DNA of 64,000 nucleotides from Auanema rhodensis (taxonomy: Eukaryota; Animalia; Nematoda): positions 8,680,001-8,744,000 of the forward strand of contig OZ059899.1 in NCBI GenBank assembly GCA_964057225.1, read 5' to 3'. The translations under genes and the position numbers were made by a program. Under the pieces are notes generated by a model. That model did no database searches, was not told the origin of the DNA, and was given only the letters and a program-made list of their open reading frames with translations. How positions within the stretch are numbered: position 1 is the first letter of the stretch; every line of letters begins with the position of its first letter. Shown piece after piece: positions 41,651 through 55,500 of the stretch.

Positions 41651-41732
41651 GGCGAGATGGCCGAGCGGTCTAAGGCGCTGGTTTTAGGCACCAGTCTCCT
41701 CGGAGGCGTGGGTTCGAATCCCACTCTCGTCA
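41651..41732 (+). tRNA. tRNA-Leu, anticodon TAG (class II, long variable arm)
   Basis: Acceptor stem GGCGAGA/TCTCGTC with discriminator A; A-box TGGCCGAGCGG; anticodon stem CTGGT/ACCAG with loop TT-TAG-GC; B-box GGTTCGAATCC; TTTT shortly downstream. Confidence 0.97.
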
Positions 41733-43850
41733 GCTTCTTTTGTAAATTTGGAAACATAACATTTTATCTTCGAACTTGATGTTTATGAAACTTATTCTTT
41801 ATTTTTGGAGTGGTACTTAATAATCTTTGCTTTTTCGAAGTACATCGTATCATCTCATGCGTTTTGAGCTGTAAGAAAATTTTTTTAAAACGTTTTCTAC
41901 GAAGAAACGTAATGAGGATTTTGATTAAATTACGCATATGTGTATGGCAGCTGTTTTCGTAATTGATATGACATACGCAGATATTGAGAAAGAAAAGATA
42001 CAAGATTTACGTGATTAAATCGGAGAAATTTTCAAAAGAACAATAGGATCTATCGATGTAAGAGCACAAATGATGAAAGGATTGCCACCATCAACGTGCA
42101 GTTTAACCTCTTGTATCTATCATATTAATTACAACACAGCACTCTTTTCACAAAAAAAAGGATTAATAGTTTAAATAAAAATATAATACAAATGATTTCA
42201 ATGATAGCTTCCTCTGTTCTTTGATCCATTTGACACAAACGTTTCGAAGGGCGGAAGAATGATAACTTACTGGAGCAGAAGTTGCATCAGGAAGATGAAT
42301 AGTGCCAATTCGTTTTTTTAGCCACTCACTTATACTAAGAGGACGTCTTGTGTCTAGCATTAAAGTTTTTTCAAAGTATAATTTTTCGTTCCTCTTTTTT
42401 ATTTTAACTCCTACACATTCTTGAATATAAAAATACAATTTTGAATATTTAGAACTCAATAGTTCAATTTTTCACTTTTTGTTGAAAAGCTATATGTTAT
42501 TGGCATGTTAAGTTTATCTTTAGTTTTTCCCAAATGTGTTTTGTACTATTCTAATATGTCGATGTTCTATATAAGAACATTCATTTTATGATTTACATCA
42601 CAAATATTTGGATATAATTTGATTGATTCATATGAAATAACAAATATGTGCTTTTTCTTATAATAAGGTATTTAAAAACTTGTCTTAAACTTTGTTGATT
42701 TCAACTTTGTTTTGAAAAAAAATAATAATTTCAAAAACTTTACTTTTCCTTTAATTTTCCAAAGTTTCAATTTGCTTATAAAAATTAATTTGTTCCGCTT
42801 ATAAGACATCTATCAAAGTAGATATATACTGATGTTTTTGATAAGTGTTGTTGTTTACATGATATCTTTTGATCTCCCAGTAACATTGGGTCAATCAACT
42901 CTCAAGAGAGTTTAAGACTACCAAAAGCTTGCCATTTATTATTTAAGAATTTGTGCTATGCTATATCTTGCTTACTTTATACTTTTTGTTACTTTTACAC
43001 AAGTATATTGCTTGAATTCTTCTTTTTTTTCTTTTATCTACTTTAAATAATTATTATATATTCAGTTTCTGTATTAAGGTATTAGTTTTGTTATTGTAAT
43101 AGTCATAGGTTTTCAAGATTTTCATTTTGACCCACGACACTACTGCTGACAGAATCCGTCAAAACTCCGAACTTGTCAACCAGCTTGTCACTTTTCCCCA
43201 TTTTTTTTTGTTTTTAAATCATAAGTCTTGAATTAAAGTATTTAATATTTTTATGATATAGCTGAAACAAGACAAATGTTTTGAATTTATAAAGCTTTAA
43301 TCAAAGCGTTGTCTGTTTCTGAGATATAGAAAAGGTAAAGTTGAAAATCTTATATTCATGTACTTATCTTTTAGATGATTTTGAAATGTTTGAAATGATG
43401 TAGCAACATAAAAAAATACCTATGATCAATCATGGTTTTCCTTTTTCTTAATATTTTATCCTTGAATTGTGCTCCGTTTTCAAGAGCACATGTCCTGAAA
43501 TCTTCATCAGCTGTCAATTAAAAATGCTTTAAACAGCTGAGTTCTTGCTCTAACAACAGCTTCAATCGTTTTTCCTCAGTTCTGCTCCTCCTCACACCCT
43601 CCCCCTCGACAAGTGAAGATTTTCGTTTCAGATGTCACGCTAATTTCAAGAATATTATATTATGAACTTTGTTTCGAACAATAGATATCTAACACACACT
43701 TTTATTGTTATTACTTCAAAATATCTCCAAGCATAAAATAACATCATGACATCTGAATTATTTACAGATTTTGGCATAATTTGTGTTATCATTGGCGAAT
43801 ATTATACATTGTGTTTAAATTAATTTTATATTCTTTTTCTTAAGAATAAA

Positions 43851-44801
43851 ATGTCAAAAGGTATTTCTTCTTTTTCTTCTTTTTTAATTAAATTATAACA
43901 ATGATATCAGATACAAAAAGAAATAATTATTTAATCTGATAATTTCATGTGTCGGATTCGCATTTTCCTAAACTAAATCCAATGATAAAAAATCAAAAAA
44001 AATATATATAAAGTCAATAAGAATAGAATATTCTAACCTCAATTATAATTTATAATTTTCTTCATTTCTATTCATGCTTCACATATTTGAGCTTATCAAC
44101 TGGGTGGTGTGTGGCTTATTGCTGGGTTATACCTCGCCATCATGATTGAATCAGCTACAGTTGGACTTTTGTTTCATGCTACTTTAGCGGAAATGATTGA
44201 TCATTCTCATATGAGAGTTGTAGATAGGTTAGTATAAATATTTTTTTTATATGCAAATATAATATTATTTATAGGTCATCATCAACTGTGATCATATTAA
44301 CCTTTGTTATAGTATCGTTAATTGGTTATACTTTAACAATTCCTTGTCTATGTTATGCTGCACAACGACATTCCCCATCAGCTTTAATTCCATATTTAGT
44401 ATGGAGAATGTTATTTTCTATTATTATCAGTATAATTGTCCTTTGGCAGGTATTTAGTATTTAACATATTTGATCATTTTGCATTAAATTCTATATTTTA
44501 GGCTTTAGAAAAGACTAAACGAACAGCATTCTACAGAGCAGCATTCTATGATAAACGATTTCCAGTTGCTATTGGAGAGGTGATTAACAATATCTATTTA
44601 TATCTATATATATTGCAAAATATTCTTCTTTAACATTCAAAGCAGATCCATAATCAATGAAAATCGTAAAATTTGAAATTTTCTTGCTTTCAGATCACTA
44701 TTGGATTTATTTTCTTCCTCATTGCACTCCGAGCACACAAAGAGTTCACAGTTCAACGAATTCGACGAGAGAAAACTCCAGAACATGATAGATTTGACTG
44801 A
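43851..44801 (+). CDS. Small four-pass membrane protein of unknown function (LAPTM-like topology)
   Basis: Phase-compatible exons ~44092-44227 (AYQLGGVWLIAGLYLAIMIESATVGLLF...), 44276-44449 (...YAAQRHSPSALIPYLVWRMLFSIIISIIVLWQ), 44502-44579, 44694-44801 (ITIGFIFFLIALRAHKEF...DRFD*). Four hydrophobic segments and the LIPYL motif common in such proteins. Start is uncertain; ATGTCAAAAG|GT at 43851 is in phase. Confidence 0.78.
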
Positions 44802-45157
44802 AAATTATTTTTGGTCAGAACAGATGTACGGGTTTAATTTTTTCCTTTTCATCACTTTTTTTTTCTGATTACCAAAGTATAGTTGAATTTTTCATATTGT
44901 AACAATTTAAAAAAAACTGGCAAAATCGATATTTCTTTTGTAAAAATAGAATAAATAAATTGAAACATTGCACAAATATTTTGGTATTTTAATAATATAT
45001 ATGGATATATATATAATACTTATTACTAATACTTGAAAATGTCCGATTTTTGAGATTTTGGAAATTTCCAAAATCTTAGATATTTTGGATCGAGAACAAA
45101 ATGCTCATATATCTTTGATATATGAATATTTATTAATGTTTTCTACTGAAACTGGTT

Positions 45158-45161
<4 letters not shown>

Positions 45162-45202
<41 letters not shown>
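45162..45202. repeat. (AT)n microsatellite
   Basis: About 20 perfect AT units. Confidence 0.95.
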
Positions 45203-45207
<5 letters not shown>

Positions 45208-48014
45208 TCTGATTTATAACATAGAAATTATAAAGAAGAGGTTAAAAATAATAAAATGCGATATGCAGTTAACATTCCATAAATTCTTGTATATGGTTTT
45301 GTTAGAACCAATGTTGCAATTCAGTAGGTATTTGTGAATACAATTAAGGATGATAAAAACAGAATTTGGTAACAGGAATCTCTTGAATTTATTTAACTAT
45401 TTTTCAATATACAGACAATTTCTTTCAACACATTCTATCAATTTCTGACCTTTTGTACAAAAAAAATTTATGGCACAAACAGACAGTCATTTAAGGCATT
45501 TTTCAAAAAAATAGTTGATTCTTGGTTTGATTATTCTTGATTTTTGATTTGATTATTCGGTAAACTTTTGTGTATAATTGTATTTGTTGTTAAAAAGATT
45601 GTTTGTTTGGAATAATATCTTCTTGAAGCGATTTCATCATGTTTACAAGTCTGTTTCGTTGATATTGTAAGCATTTACTTTTGCATTCTTAGAATAATAA
45701 AAATATTGAGAAAATCTACAAATATAAAGAAGATTTGTATGGAAATGAATCATTAATATAACATGTGAATAGCAATAATCTTGTTTTTCTCATTAAAATT
45801 CATGTAAAATCCAATGAAGCAATTTGTTACATTGTCAAGGACATTCTTTGCCTGTTGTCTGTTTCGTGTATGTATATGTCAATGTTATAGTTATTTTATC
45901 TTTTCTATATCTTTTTGAAAGAATAAACAAAAATTATAATGTTGCTTGTAAAGCTTAAGGAAACAACCAAAAAAAGCATTCAAACCGAAAATACATAAAG
46001 AACTGATTCTCTTTCTGTGTAGATTGCATATAGAAATACTTGCATAGTTTCGCCAAATTAATCTATCTTGAAGCATTCAGAAGCATGTATTCTAAGCTTG
46101 TAAAATTGGAGAATTTCGATTAGCATCACAAATGAAAGTCAGTTCAAAAAAAAAGAAGAAATTGGCTTTTCAATACTAGAAAAACACAAATTGAAATCAA
46201 ATGAGGACGAACGACGGTGATGGCGAGGACAAACTGACTTTCCTCTAGAAAGGATAACTTTCGTCATCCCCGTCTCCAATCACCGCACACTTAGCTGATG
46301 AGACAACCAGATCCCTCATTCACTGTGAAGATCGGATTCCATTGAATTTTCTTCTTTCCGTAGTTGTCATCATTATGATGATGTCAGACCTCCTTGTCTT
46401 CTCAGTCTTTAATGGCTTGTTCCCTCTTTTCTGTCTTAAAGAAAAATGTCGGAAGCTACATCAGTCCAAAACGAAAGAAAAGATTTAGAAGAGGTAGAAG
46501 AAAAAAGGAAAATAAGAATAAAGTTAATTCTGAGAGGGAAAGAGATAGAGAAATCAGGAAGAGACTTAGCACAATACAATACGAAATAGAAATTTATTAT
46601 GAAAGAATATGAAAAAAAGAAGAAATATTCTTAAAAACTTGCTTTATAAAAGTCGAACAGTCTTATAATACAGTAAGAGAATAATGAAAGAATAAGATAC
46701 TTTATCACTTCTTCTACTTAATTGTTGCTATGAAGTAACACTTATACATCTTAAGATATTTTGAAACAAGTAAAACAAGGATCAAAAGATTTGAGAAGAA
46801 AGAACAAGTTAAATATGAAATACCATTAAAACGTATAGAAGGATACTCTCATGAAGTTTTTTTTTAAACGAAAAACTAAAATGTATTGGAATCAATCACG
46901 TTTCAAGCAAAAGTTTCTATTTGTTTGTATAAACTGAATGTTTCACAGAAAAGAGACATAGTTATTGTATTTATCTGAATGCTAAAACGATGTTTTTGAA
47001 GTTTTTTTAACGATTTTTTTCTCACAATTAAGCTTTCCGATTAAACTAAAAGACCATCTATACTATGTGATTATTCAAATAGTAATTTTCATACATAATT
47101 TTTAATTTGTCCTTTGTCCGAAATGATGCAAAGAAGCGAAAAAAAACCCGTTCCCCCGGTTCTTTTTACTTCGTCATCGTACACGCGTCGTCCGAAAGCA
47201 AATTCATCTGTACCGCCACCTAGTCCACCATCCGAACTACAGTGCCTGCTGATCACCATCATTTATTTCTTGATGTTGCTGATGATGATGGAAGAGAGTG
47301 GGATAAAGCCGCCAAGGTCTTCTAACCTGGCGTCATTGTTATTTTATAGTAGATTGTGATGGTAGAAAATCAAGAGAAAAAAATGAAAAGAAAACGATGA
47401 GAACAAAAGCAAGGAGTGAGAAATGAAAATATAATCACCTGAAAACTAAGAGAAAATGCTTTTTCCTTTTTTTTCCTTTTGTGAACTCTTTGAATGAATT
47501 GTTCACTTGGAGAATTTCGAAAATCGACTTTTTCAACCAGCTTGTACTTTTTTCACCAAAGTTGAATGAATTGAGTTTAGTAAGAAAGAAGGTATTGAAG
47601 AGTCCAATTAGTAAGTATTAGCTAGTCAATCAGATAAATTGATTTTGTCTTCAAAGTTCGTCTGAGAGATTGTTTTGCTGTCGGCAGTGTAGAATGCCAA
47701 GAGAAGAACAATATTGAAACTGTACAACAGGCTAGTTGTAATAGTTAGATTGAAAAGTAACTATACTACAGTCATTGTGGCATTTTGATGAGAAAATATG
47801 ATTGAATATGTTGATTGTAGAATATTTTTGATATTTGAAATTAGCTAGATAATAATAGTAAGATATAGATTTGTAATAGTTTTATTCGTACTTCGTGCTG
47901 TAGGATAAACTACTGTAAAACCGTTCAGCTTGAAAGAAAACAAAAAGTAAAAGAAAATGAAGATGCGATGAATGGCTGCCGTCGGCTTCAATGGCTGACA
48001 TGGCTGAGATTCGT

Positions 48015-49028
48015 TTAATATCCTGGGGCGGTACGTGGTGGTGGGCAGTGGTCGCAACCTCCTGAAAATGAGCACAAGGTTAGAGATAGATGATGAGATT
48101 GTTGGTTTACCTGGGGCTCCAGATTCTCCGTCGGGTCCGTTGGATCCTGGGGCTCCTGGCTGTCCATCGCTTCCGTTGGATCCGTTGTCTCCAACTGGTC
48201 CTTGTGGTCCGTCTTGTCCTGGCTGTCCTGGTTGTCCTGGTTGTCCGTCTGGTCCTTGGGATCCTGGGGCTCCAGCTGGTCCTGGTGGTCCTTGTGGGCC
48301 TGGAACTTCGCGGACTTGTCCTGGGGCTCCTGGAGCTCCTGGGTTTCCGTTTTGTCCGTCGTTTCCGGATGGTCCTTGTGGTCCTGGGGCTCCTTGGCTT
48401 CCTGGGTTTCCTGGGGCTCCTGGGGCTCCGTTGGATCCTGGGTTTCCGTTTGGTCCCTTTGGTCCTGGGTTTCCGGCGGGTCCGACTGGTCCAGCTGGGC
48501 AATCGAAGCAGAAGTCGTGGTGTGGAGCTGGGGTGGCGGATGGTCCGTCTGGGCCGTCACGTCCTGGGAATCCTGGCTCTCCGTCTTGTCCGTCTTGTCC
48601 GTCTTGTCCTGGCTCTCCTGGTGGTCCTTGGGCGCTGACTCCGCATCCGCAGCATCCTCCTTGGTGTTGTTGTTCGAATCCTCCTTCGACTCCGAGGCTG
48701 CTGTATCCGGCTTGACGGCGGCTTCTGGCGTTTCCTCCGGTAACCTTGGCAAGGACCTGAAGGAGCAAATTAGTAAGTAATAGAAGGTGTGAATGGAGAA
48801 GTGCATTCATACCTGAGTGCGGGTAACCTCTCTCCAGATGGATCCAGAGCGAGATTTGCAGAAGTCAACTTCGGACTGCATGACTGATTGCATGTGCTGC
48901 ATGTAGTTGTAGAGCAGTGGCACAGAGATCACGCAGACGAGTGTGGCCATGGTGGCAACGGACACACCGAAGAAGGCGACACGGCGAAGGCTGTTGGCCT
49001 CTACTTCGAGTTGCTTCTCATCAACCAT
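48015..49028 (-). CDS. Nematode cuticle collagen
   Basis: Exons 49028-48813, 48756-48111, 48061-48015. N-terminal cuticle-collagen domain ([13 protein letters not shown]...EVDFCKSRS), RSRR furin site, GCCGCG, interrupted Gly-X-Y blocks with CFDC, C-terminal [13 protein letters not shown]. Confidence 0.98.
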
Positions 49029-49299
49029 TCTATAAGAATTGAATTAGAGAAGGTAGTTGTAGTGAATAAAGAGCATTAGAAGAAATGTTTGTTTGAATAT
49101 TTGGTTCAAAATGTTTGAGACTGAATCTCTTGTAAATTGTAGCCAAAATAGTGGAAAAGAAAAGGAAATGTAGAAAATGAAAACAATGCTGAAGTCGATG
49201 TTGATGAGATGAAGAAGATGATTATATGTTTCCTCCTCGGCTTTAGAGGAATGGAATACTAAGAAGTGATTGTAGGCAATGCCCACCTGTCGTTTCTGC

Positions 49300-49450
49300 C
49301 TGAGGGTTGTTCCTTTTATAGTCAAAGAGGGCGGCCTATCATCTAGCTGTATGGCAGATAAGACAGCAGGCTTCTTTAAGAGAATACAGGCGAAAAATGC
49401 ATTAGATAGCAAGACATAATGAGAGAGTGAAAACGTCAAGGCCACCTATA
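49300..49450 (-). promoter_or_regulatory. Collagen proximal promoter: TATA box, GATA sites and an FTZ-F1/NHR-25-type site
   Basis: TATAAAA on the - strand at 49314-49320; AGATAA near 49356; TCAAGGCCA at 49436-49444. These are motif types expected in hypodermal genes. Confidence 0.55.
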
Positions 49451-52400
49451 CGGGTTCCATCCTCTTTTCTCTCGCGCTCGTCCCACTAGCACTTCATGGC
49501 TGTTTTTCAAGCGTTATTTGAGCCTTTAAAGTATAACAAAATCATTTTTCTGTGAAAGATAAGCTTTAATAATAAGTAAGAATATCTTCTAAGATTAGTT
49601 TGTATAATTACAACAACTATCTTAACTATATGATGGACCGATATGTTCCCTAATGTGTTCCGATAGGTTCCAGTGTCAGTGGAACAAGACATCCGAGAGT
49701 GACTTATCAGAGAGTAGAATGCAAACAAACATGCCTGATATCGGCTTTGAGGGAAATAGTTTCATAATAGCAGCTAAATCAAAACCTTAGTTAACCATAA
49801 CAAAACGAATTTCTCATTTTTCAATTTACTTTTCTCTCAAAATGGCGTCAGCAATCAGAATCATATAGTATTGGTTTTACGGCTTTCTGAAGCCTTTGTT
49901 GAATGTCTCTGATCAGATACATAAACTAAAACTTTCCATATCAAAGCTCAAAGAAAAGTTTTATTTAACAACCCAAAAACTTCTTATATTAACTGCCATT
50001 CAATATAAGTTTTTTTTAATCTTCTCAGTTGGATTTGTAATTAAAACAATTCTATAAAAAAATCATAAAAACTAATTAATTTACAATGGTCAATACATTT
50101 TTCATTGGAAACTGTAATAGTAAATTCTAAATTATATGTTCAATTGTTTGTCTTTGAATTGTCTTTGTTTCTTTTTGTTGCAAATAAAAACTAATAAACA
50201 TAAAAAAAGTATTTTAGAATTATTGTCTGATTTTTATTATTTTTATTTTATTAAATTCATAATTATTGAAAATATCTCGCTTTTCTTCTTCTTAATATTT
50301 TTTTTTGAGATATTTTTAATTTTAACAACTTCTTTTTGCTTTCGTTCAAACATTTTTTGAATACCTTGTTCTTTAAACATTCCATAATTCTTTTATTCTT
50401 AATTAGATTTAACCTTCTTTGTGGCATATACAAGTTATCAGGTTCTGCCAGCTGCAGAACCTGCTCTCAAGAACTTTTCGAGGATAGTACGATGCTTATC
50501 TAATTAAAGCCTTACGTATTAGATTCCTAGAGTTATAGAGAAATTTCTGATTACCGTTTGATTTTCGATTTTCTGTTGGAAAATTGTCTTCCAAGGTATC
50601 TCTCTGGATATCTGATGGAACACCATCAAGACTATTGATAAGAGATCTAAATATCAGAACGCTATGAGAAGCAAAAATGAATTTTAGTTGAAGCGCAATG
50701 TTTCATATAAAACTAAAGTTGCAACTTCTTCTCAATAGCTACATATATGAGTACATGACAATCGTATCGTAATAGCAAAAATTTTATTTGTTTTTATAAA
50801 TATTATTTCTACAAAAATAGTCAAAATATGTATGAAAATGAAATAAATTAAACGTTTAATTAAAATTACTTGATCTAAAATCAAGTTTCAGCTTCATGAA
50901 AAGTCATAACTTTGACAGGGGCCACTACTGAATCTGGTTGAATGATGCTGACGATGGTGCTGCTATGTGGAAACCCGGCCACCCATGCTGAAACTGTAAT
51001 ACTGACAGCTTGTCATTTTCTTTTTCAGTACATATCAATAGCTATACGATATAATAAAGAAGTTCTTATGTCCTTTTATGAGATTTTTCTCTATATAGAT
51101 TCAGCTTGAAATCTTTGGTTATCAATACTTTGGTCTATGTCCGAAGATTTTTGATAGATCTCTTTATGATCATTTGACACTCACCTATTATTCATTAATT
51201 TGCTTACAAAGTTATTAAAAATTTGAAATATTTGATGAGAGCAATAGAAATAGGCGATGAAAGATCATCTAGGCTTAAATTAACTTTTTTTTAACTTTTT
51301 GATTGTCCTTCACTCTGACGTTATCTCATCAGTTGTCACACAAATTGTTTCTGAAATTACCTTACTTTTTTTAAACTTTTTTTTTATTCAGACAATACTT
51401 TTGTCCGACATAAAGCCTTGACATTAAAGAAGGGCTGTTCATTTCTGTATTCAGATGGCCATGACACTGGTATCTCCGACACCTCTTCGAGGTACCCATA
51501 CAATGCGACAACCTTAAGTGGTATCTTATCCATCTAAACCAAAAAAAACACCAAAATGCTTAGTTCACATGAACTTGGTATTCAATGATGACCTTGAAAT
51601 GTCTCCTTTTTAGTTATATCATCAATTAATCTTTCTTTACATTCCAGAAATTTGGATAATAGTATTAAGCGTTTCATTGGAAGCTTTATCACAAATCATT
51701 TGTAGGAAGATGAAAAAGTATTTCCTCAATACATGAAAGAAAAGATATATTGCTATTAAGAATATTTTTTCAATTTGTTTGAATGACTGATATCATTATC
51801 ATGTTTTAAAAATATTTTTCTGAATCTCCTTTTTTTCGACTTGTTTCATTTGATATATTATTCAGAATGATATAATTAGTTTAGAAAAAGATTTTTTGAT
51901 CAGAAGTCACTGAACGGCTATTTCGGAGAGATTTAACAGGAAGCTTTTTCCTTTTTCTTATTAGAGTGAACATGTAACATGGTAGGCAACTTTTGCTTTT
52001 CAATCATCCAGTTCAAGTTGGGGGGGGGGGGGGATACAATGATGCGAAACGAGCTATAGAGAGATACAAAGAACACAAAAAGAGATCGATTCGTTAACTC
52101 TCATGTTTTTTTCGTTTCAATTTTTTTACAGCAAATATTGATGATGAATATACTAAAGAAAGTGCTTTTCATTTGATCTTTTTAGTTTTTTCTCTAATCA
52201 ACAGGTATTTTTCCTTTTTGCCAAATATACAAATTACATAGTTTGATTAGTCATTGACTAGTCTCTTTAACTGCAAAATTCAAAATCTTGTTTGTTGTCT
52301 TGCAGAGAATAATAATGTTTTTACGCATTATTCTAGAAATAACTGCAATGTATAGTATACCATATCGAATAGATACAGCATTGTTGATTATAGAAGTATA

Positions 52401-52454
52401 AACAAGGTATTCTATGAGATTCTTCAGTAGCATTTACTTCTCACACCCACTTTT

Positions 52455-52502
52455 GTCTCTCTCAAGATATCTCTCTCACTCTGTCTCTCTCTGTCTCTCT
52501 CG

Positions 52503-52554
<52 letters not shown>

Positions 52555-52572
52555 ATATCTATATATCTCTCT
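52455..52572. repeat. Interrupted (CT)n microsatellite
   Basis: Long CT-dominated tract. Confidence 0.9.
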
Positions 52573-55500
52573 CACTATTTTATTTCTTTTACTTTAAGGT
52601 GATAAAGCTGATAACGTGATATAATGATTAGCTCTCTCACTGAATTCCCTCTTATCATTCTCAATAATCTTATTCAATTTTCAGACAATTTTGTTTTCTT
52701 CTTCTTTACAGGTATGCCATCGGGCGACAATGGACGTCAAACCGAAGACGTTTGTCGTTGTCAAGGACATTTTGTCTTCACTGATCTTGTACAAACGATT
52801 ATTAGGAGGGGGAAATCAAATAGGGTGAAGTACGTAGGTGAAAACAACCAGTGGCACATCGTTAGAACATAATGGAAGGACATTTAACCAAACTGAATTT
52901 CGATACTTCCGTATACATGAACTAAACCCGTTTTTTTTTCGAATGCCAGGCTCAAAAATGTTGCCTCCTGGTGTCCGTTGACTGAATTTGATGAGACGAT
53001 CGCGCACTCTTTCTCTCTGTTTTTCTCTCTCTCTCTCTATTTTACTCACTGTCTTTCTTTTATTTTTTTCTCTTTTACTCCATATTTTTTGTCTGATCTA
53101 TCTATTTCTCTTTCTCTAACTGATTATTTTATGTTGTCTTTGTTTGCAATTTCTTTTTAATCAACTTCCTCATATGCGATTTCGCGCGAATGAAATGTTG
53201 ATAGGAGTGCTACTGCGTTCGTCTTTTTAAAAATCGAACAGAGTACAAGCTGACTGATATGTTATATCTGTTTTCACGGTAGAAAATCGTTGATAATCAT
53301 CAGACAGAGTGTCACCAAACATTTGCTAAGAATGAATAAGAAGTTCTTTCATTTCATTTATTCATGTATTTTAAAAAACTTTATTTATATGTTTACTCTA
53401 AGAGTATTATATGTAAAAGAATAAAAAATTTTAAATTTAATTTGATTTGAGATCAATGTTTAACAAACATTGTTTCTAAAAATTCTAAAATTGCATGTTT
53501 TAAAAAACAAATTCAACATTTTAATAATTTTAATTAAATTTCATTTATTTAAATGAAAAAGAAACCTTTTTGTTTCAATTTTAACAAGGTAGTTTGATGA
53601 TAAAATTGGAGGTTGTTCAAAGTTTCATTAACAGTTACAAAGATCGCCTGAACAATGAAGTGTAAGTAACATCTGAAGGTCAAACCGAAATGGGCCATTC
53701 AAAACAGATTTTTTCCACTTTTAGTAGTAGTTCTGATCAAAAAAAACTTTTCCAACTGAAAGTACAAAAACTGTCTGTGAAAAACTGAAATGTTTAAAAT
53801 CGAACACCTGGTATCAATGAATTGAGTATGAATTTGATGTACATATAGCATGATATATCATACTATTTTCATATTAAATATCTTGTTGTATAGTTTAATT
53901 ATAAAAAATATTTCAACTATTACTAATAATTAACACCCATCTTATAACATAAACTTGTTTTAATTAATATAAAACAATTATAAAATATAGTTAAGATTAG
54001 ATTAACAACTTTTTTTTTAGAATTTTTGATTAAGAAAGTATCCTAACCGGTTAAATTATGAAAAAAAAAATTAATTTTAACTCTTCAGAGTTTTGATGTA
54101 AACTAGCTTATAAGATTTTCTCACATGAAAGATGATATTGATATCTATCTGGTCATTTTTCAATCTCAAAAAAAAACTCTTCTTTTTTTCTCACTAAGTT
54201 CTTTTGTCCTTTTTGAAAACGATAGTGATGGGTACATAAAAAATGGGAAAAGCTAATGATCGGTAAGATGCGTGGGCTAACGATGAAGGAGACTTCCAAG
54301 CCAATGACGATAATGATGTCGATGTGAGAAGTGGTTGCAGCCTTTGAAGCGGCGCGATTTATCAGCTTTTTCATTTAAAACACAAAGAAATATATACGAA
54401 AAACTCGTCTTAGGCAACAGATTTTTGATCATCTTGTAGCGAGGATTAAGTCGTTTTTCGAGGCAATTATGCCTAATTAGAAGGTAATTTGTTGAAAAAA
54501 ATGTCGAAGTTCTTTTTTTGTCTGCTTCATTAAGCTTCTTGCCATAAATATGTAAGTATTAAAGCTTCAGGCACTTTTTAGCTTCGAAGTTTTGAAGGTC
54601 GACCTCCCATACGAAATTACGTAAACACAAATCTTGTTTGGTGTGTGAGAAAAAAGAAAGAACTTTAAATAGATTTAAACAAAAAGTTAGAAAAGAATAA
54701 ACAGAAAAAGAAGCAAAAGAAGGAAAAGCTTGAAAAAACTTTGTACATTTACGATGTTTTTATTTTAATTATTATTTACAATTATAAATTGTGATGATTC
54801 ATCATTAGACATTTTGATGAAAAATACCATTTCAGCTTCTAATTTTACAAATAATGCTAATAATCCTGTAATATTAATGTTTAATGTTACCATTTGAACT
54901 AATTACTCATGATTAATGGCGAAATTTCTGAAAACTTTTGCCATTTGTCCTAATCAGGTAACTTCTTCATCATCATCATTATCATTGTTGTCATCAAAAG
55001 TTAAAATGTTGTAATGTCTAATAAACCGAAATAAAGAATTTCATTCTGTCATATGAACGTATATTGAAGTGTAGAATGAGAAAGTATAGATGTACGTGCA
55101 TGTATATAGCTGTTTGATCACAAAACTCGCTGATTTTAGATCATTTGAATAGACTTAATGTCGTTTTTAATCAAGATGACACTGAAGATCAAAATCAAAG
55201 AGAGAAGCAAAATGGTGACGCCGTTTCTCCGCACGTTGCTGTCGTTGGCGGCCCGGTTGACTTCTTCACGGCTTTACCGTCATCAAATCGTCTTATCTAT
55301 CTATCTCTTATATTTCTCTCAGTTTTTCATATTCTTGTTTTTCCTTTTTTTGTCTTTCTCGTTCATTATGTTAGACAGCTTCAGGTTGCCATGAAAAACT
55401 GTTTGAATGGTGTGGTTTCTCATCATCCTACAGATCAAATGAACTTTTAAAGTTTCGTTATCAAATGCTAATGAAACACTTCTGTTTTAAATAGAATAAG

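Noticed and set aside
41651-41732. Nematode nev-tRNA (Leu body with Gly/Ile anticodon)
   Set aside because: The anticodon is TAG (Leu), matching the class II body; an ordinary tRNA.
48035-48806. Overlapping antisense and shifted ORFs on the collagen, including a Gly-Pro-rich + strand ORF
   Set aside because: GGA/CCA codon repetition keeps other frames open; only the - strand frame has the collagen N- and C-terminal motifs and splice sites.
50930-51010. C/D box snoRNA (ATGATGC ... CTGA)
   Set aside because: Imperfect C box, no clear terminal stem and no recognisable rRNA guide; would need an Infernal/snoScan hit.
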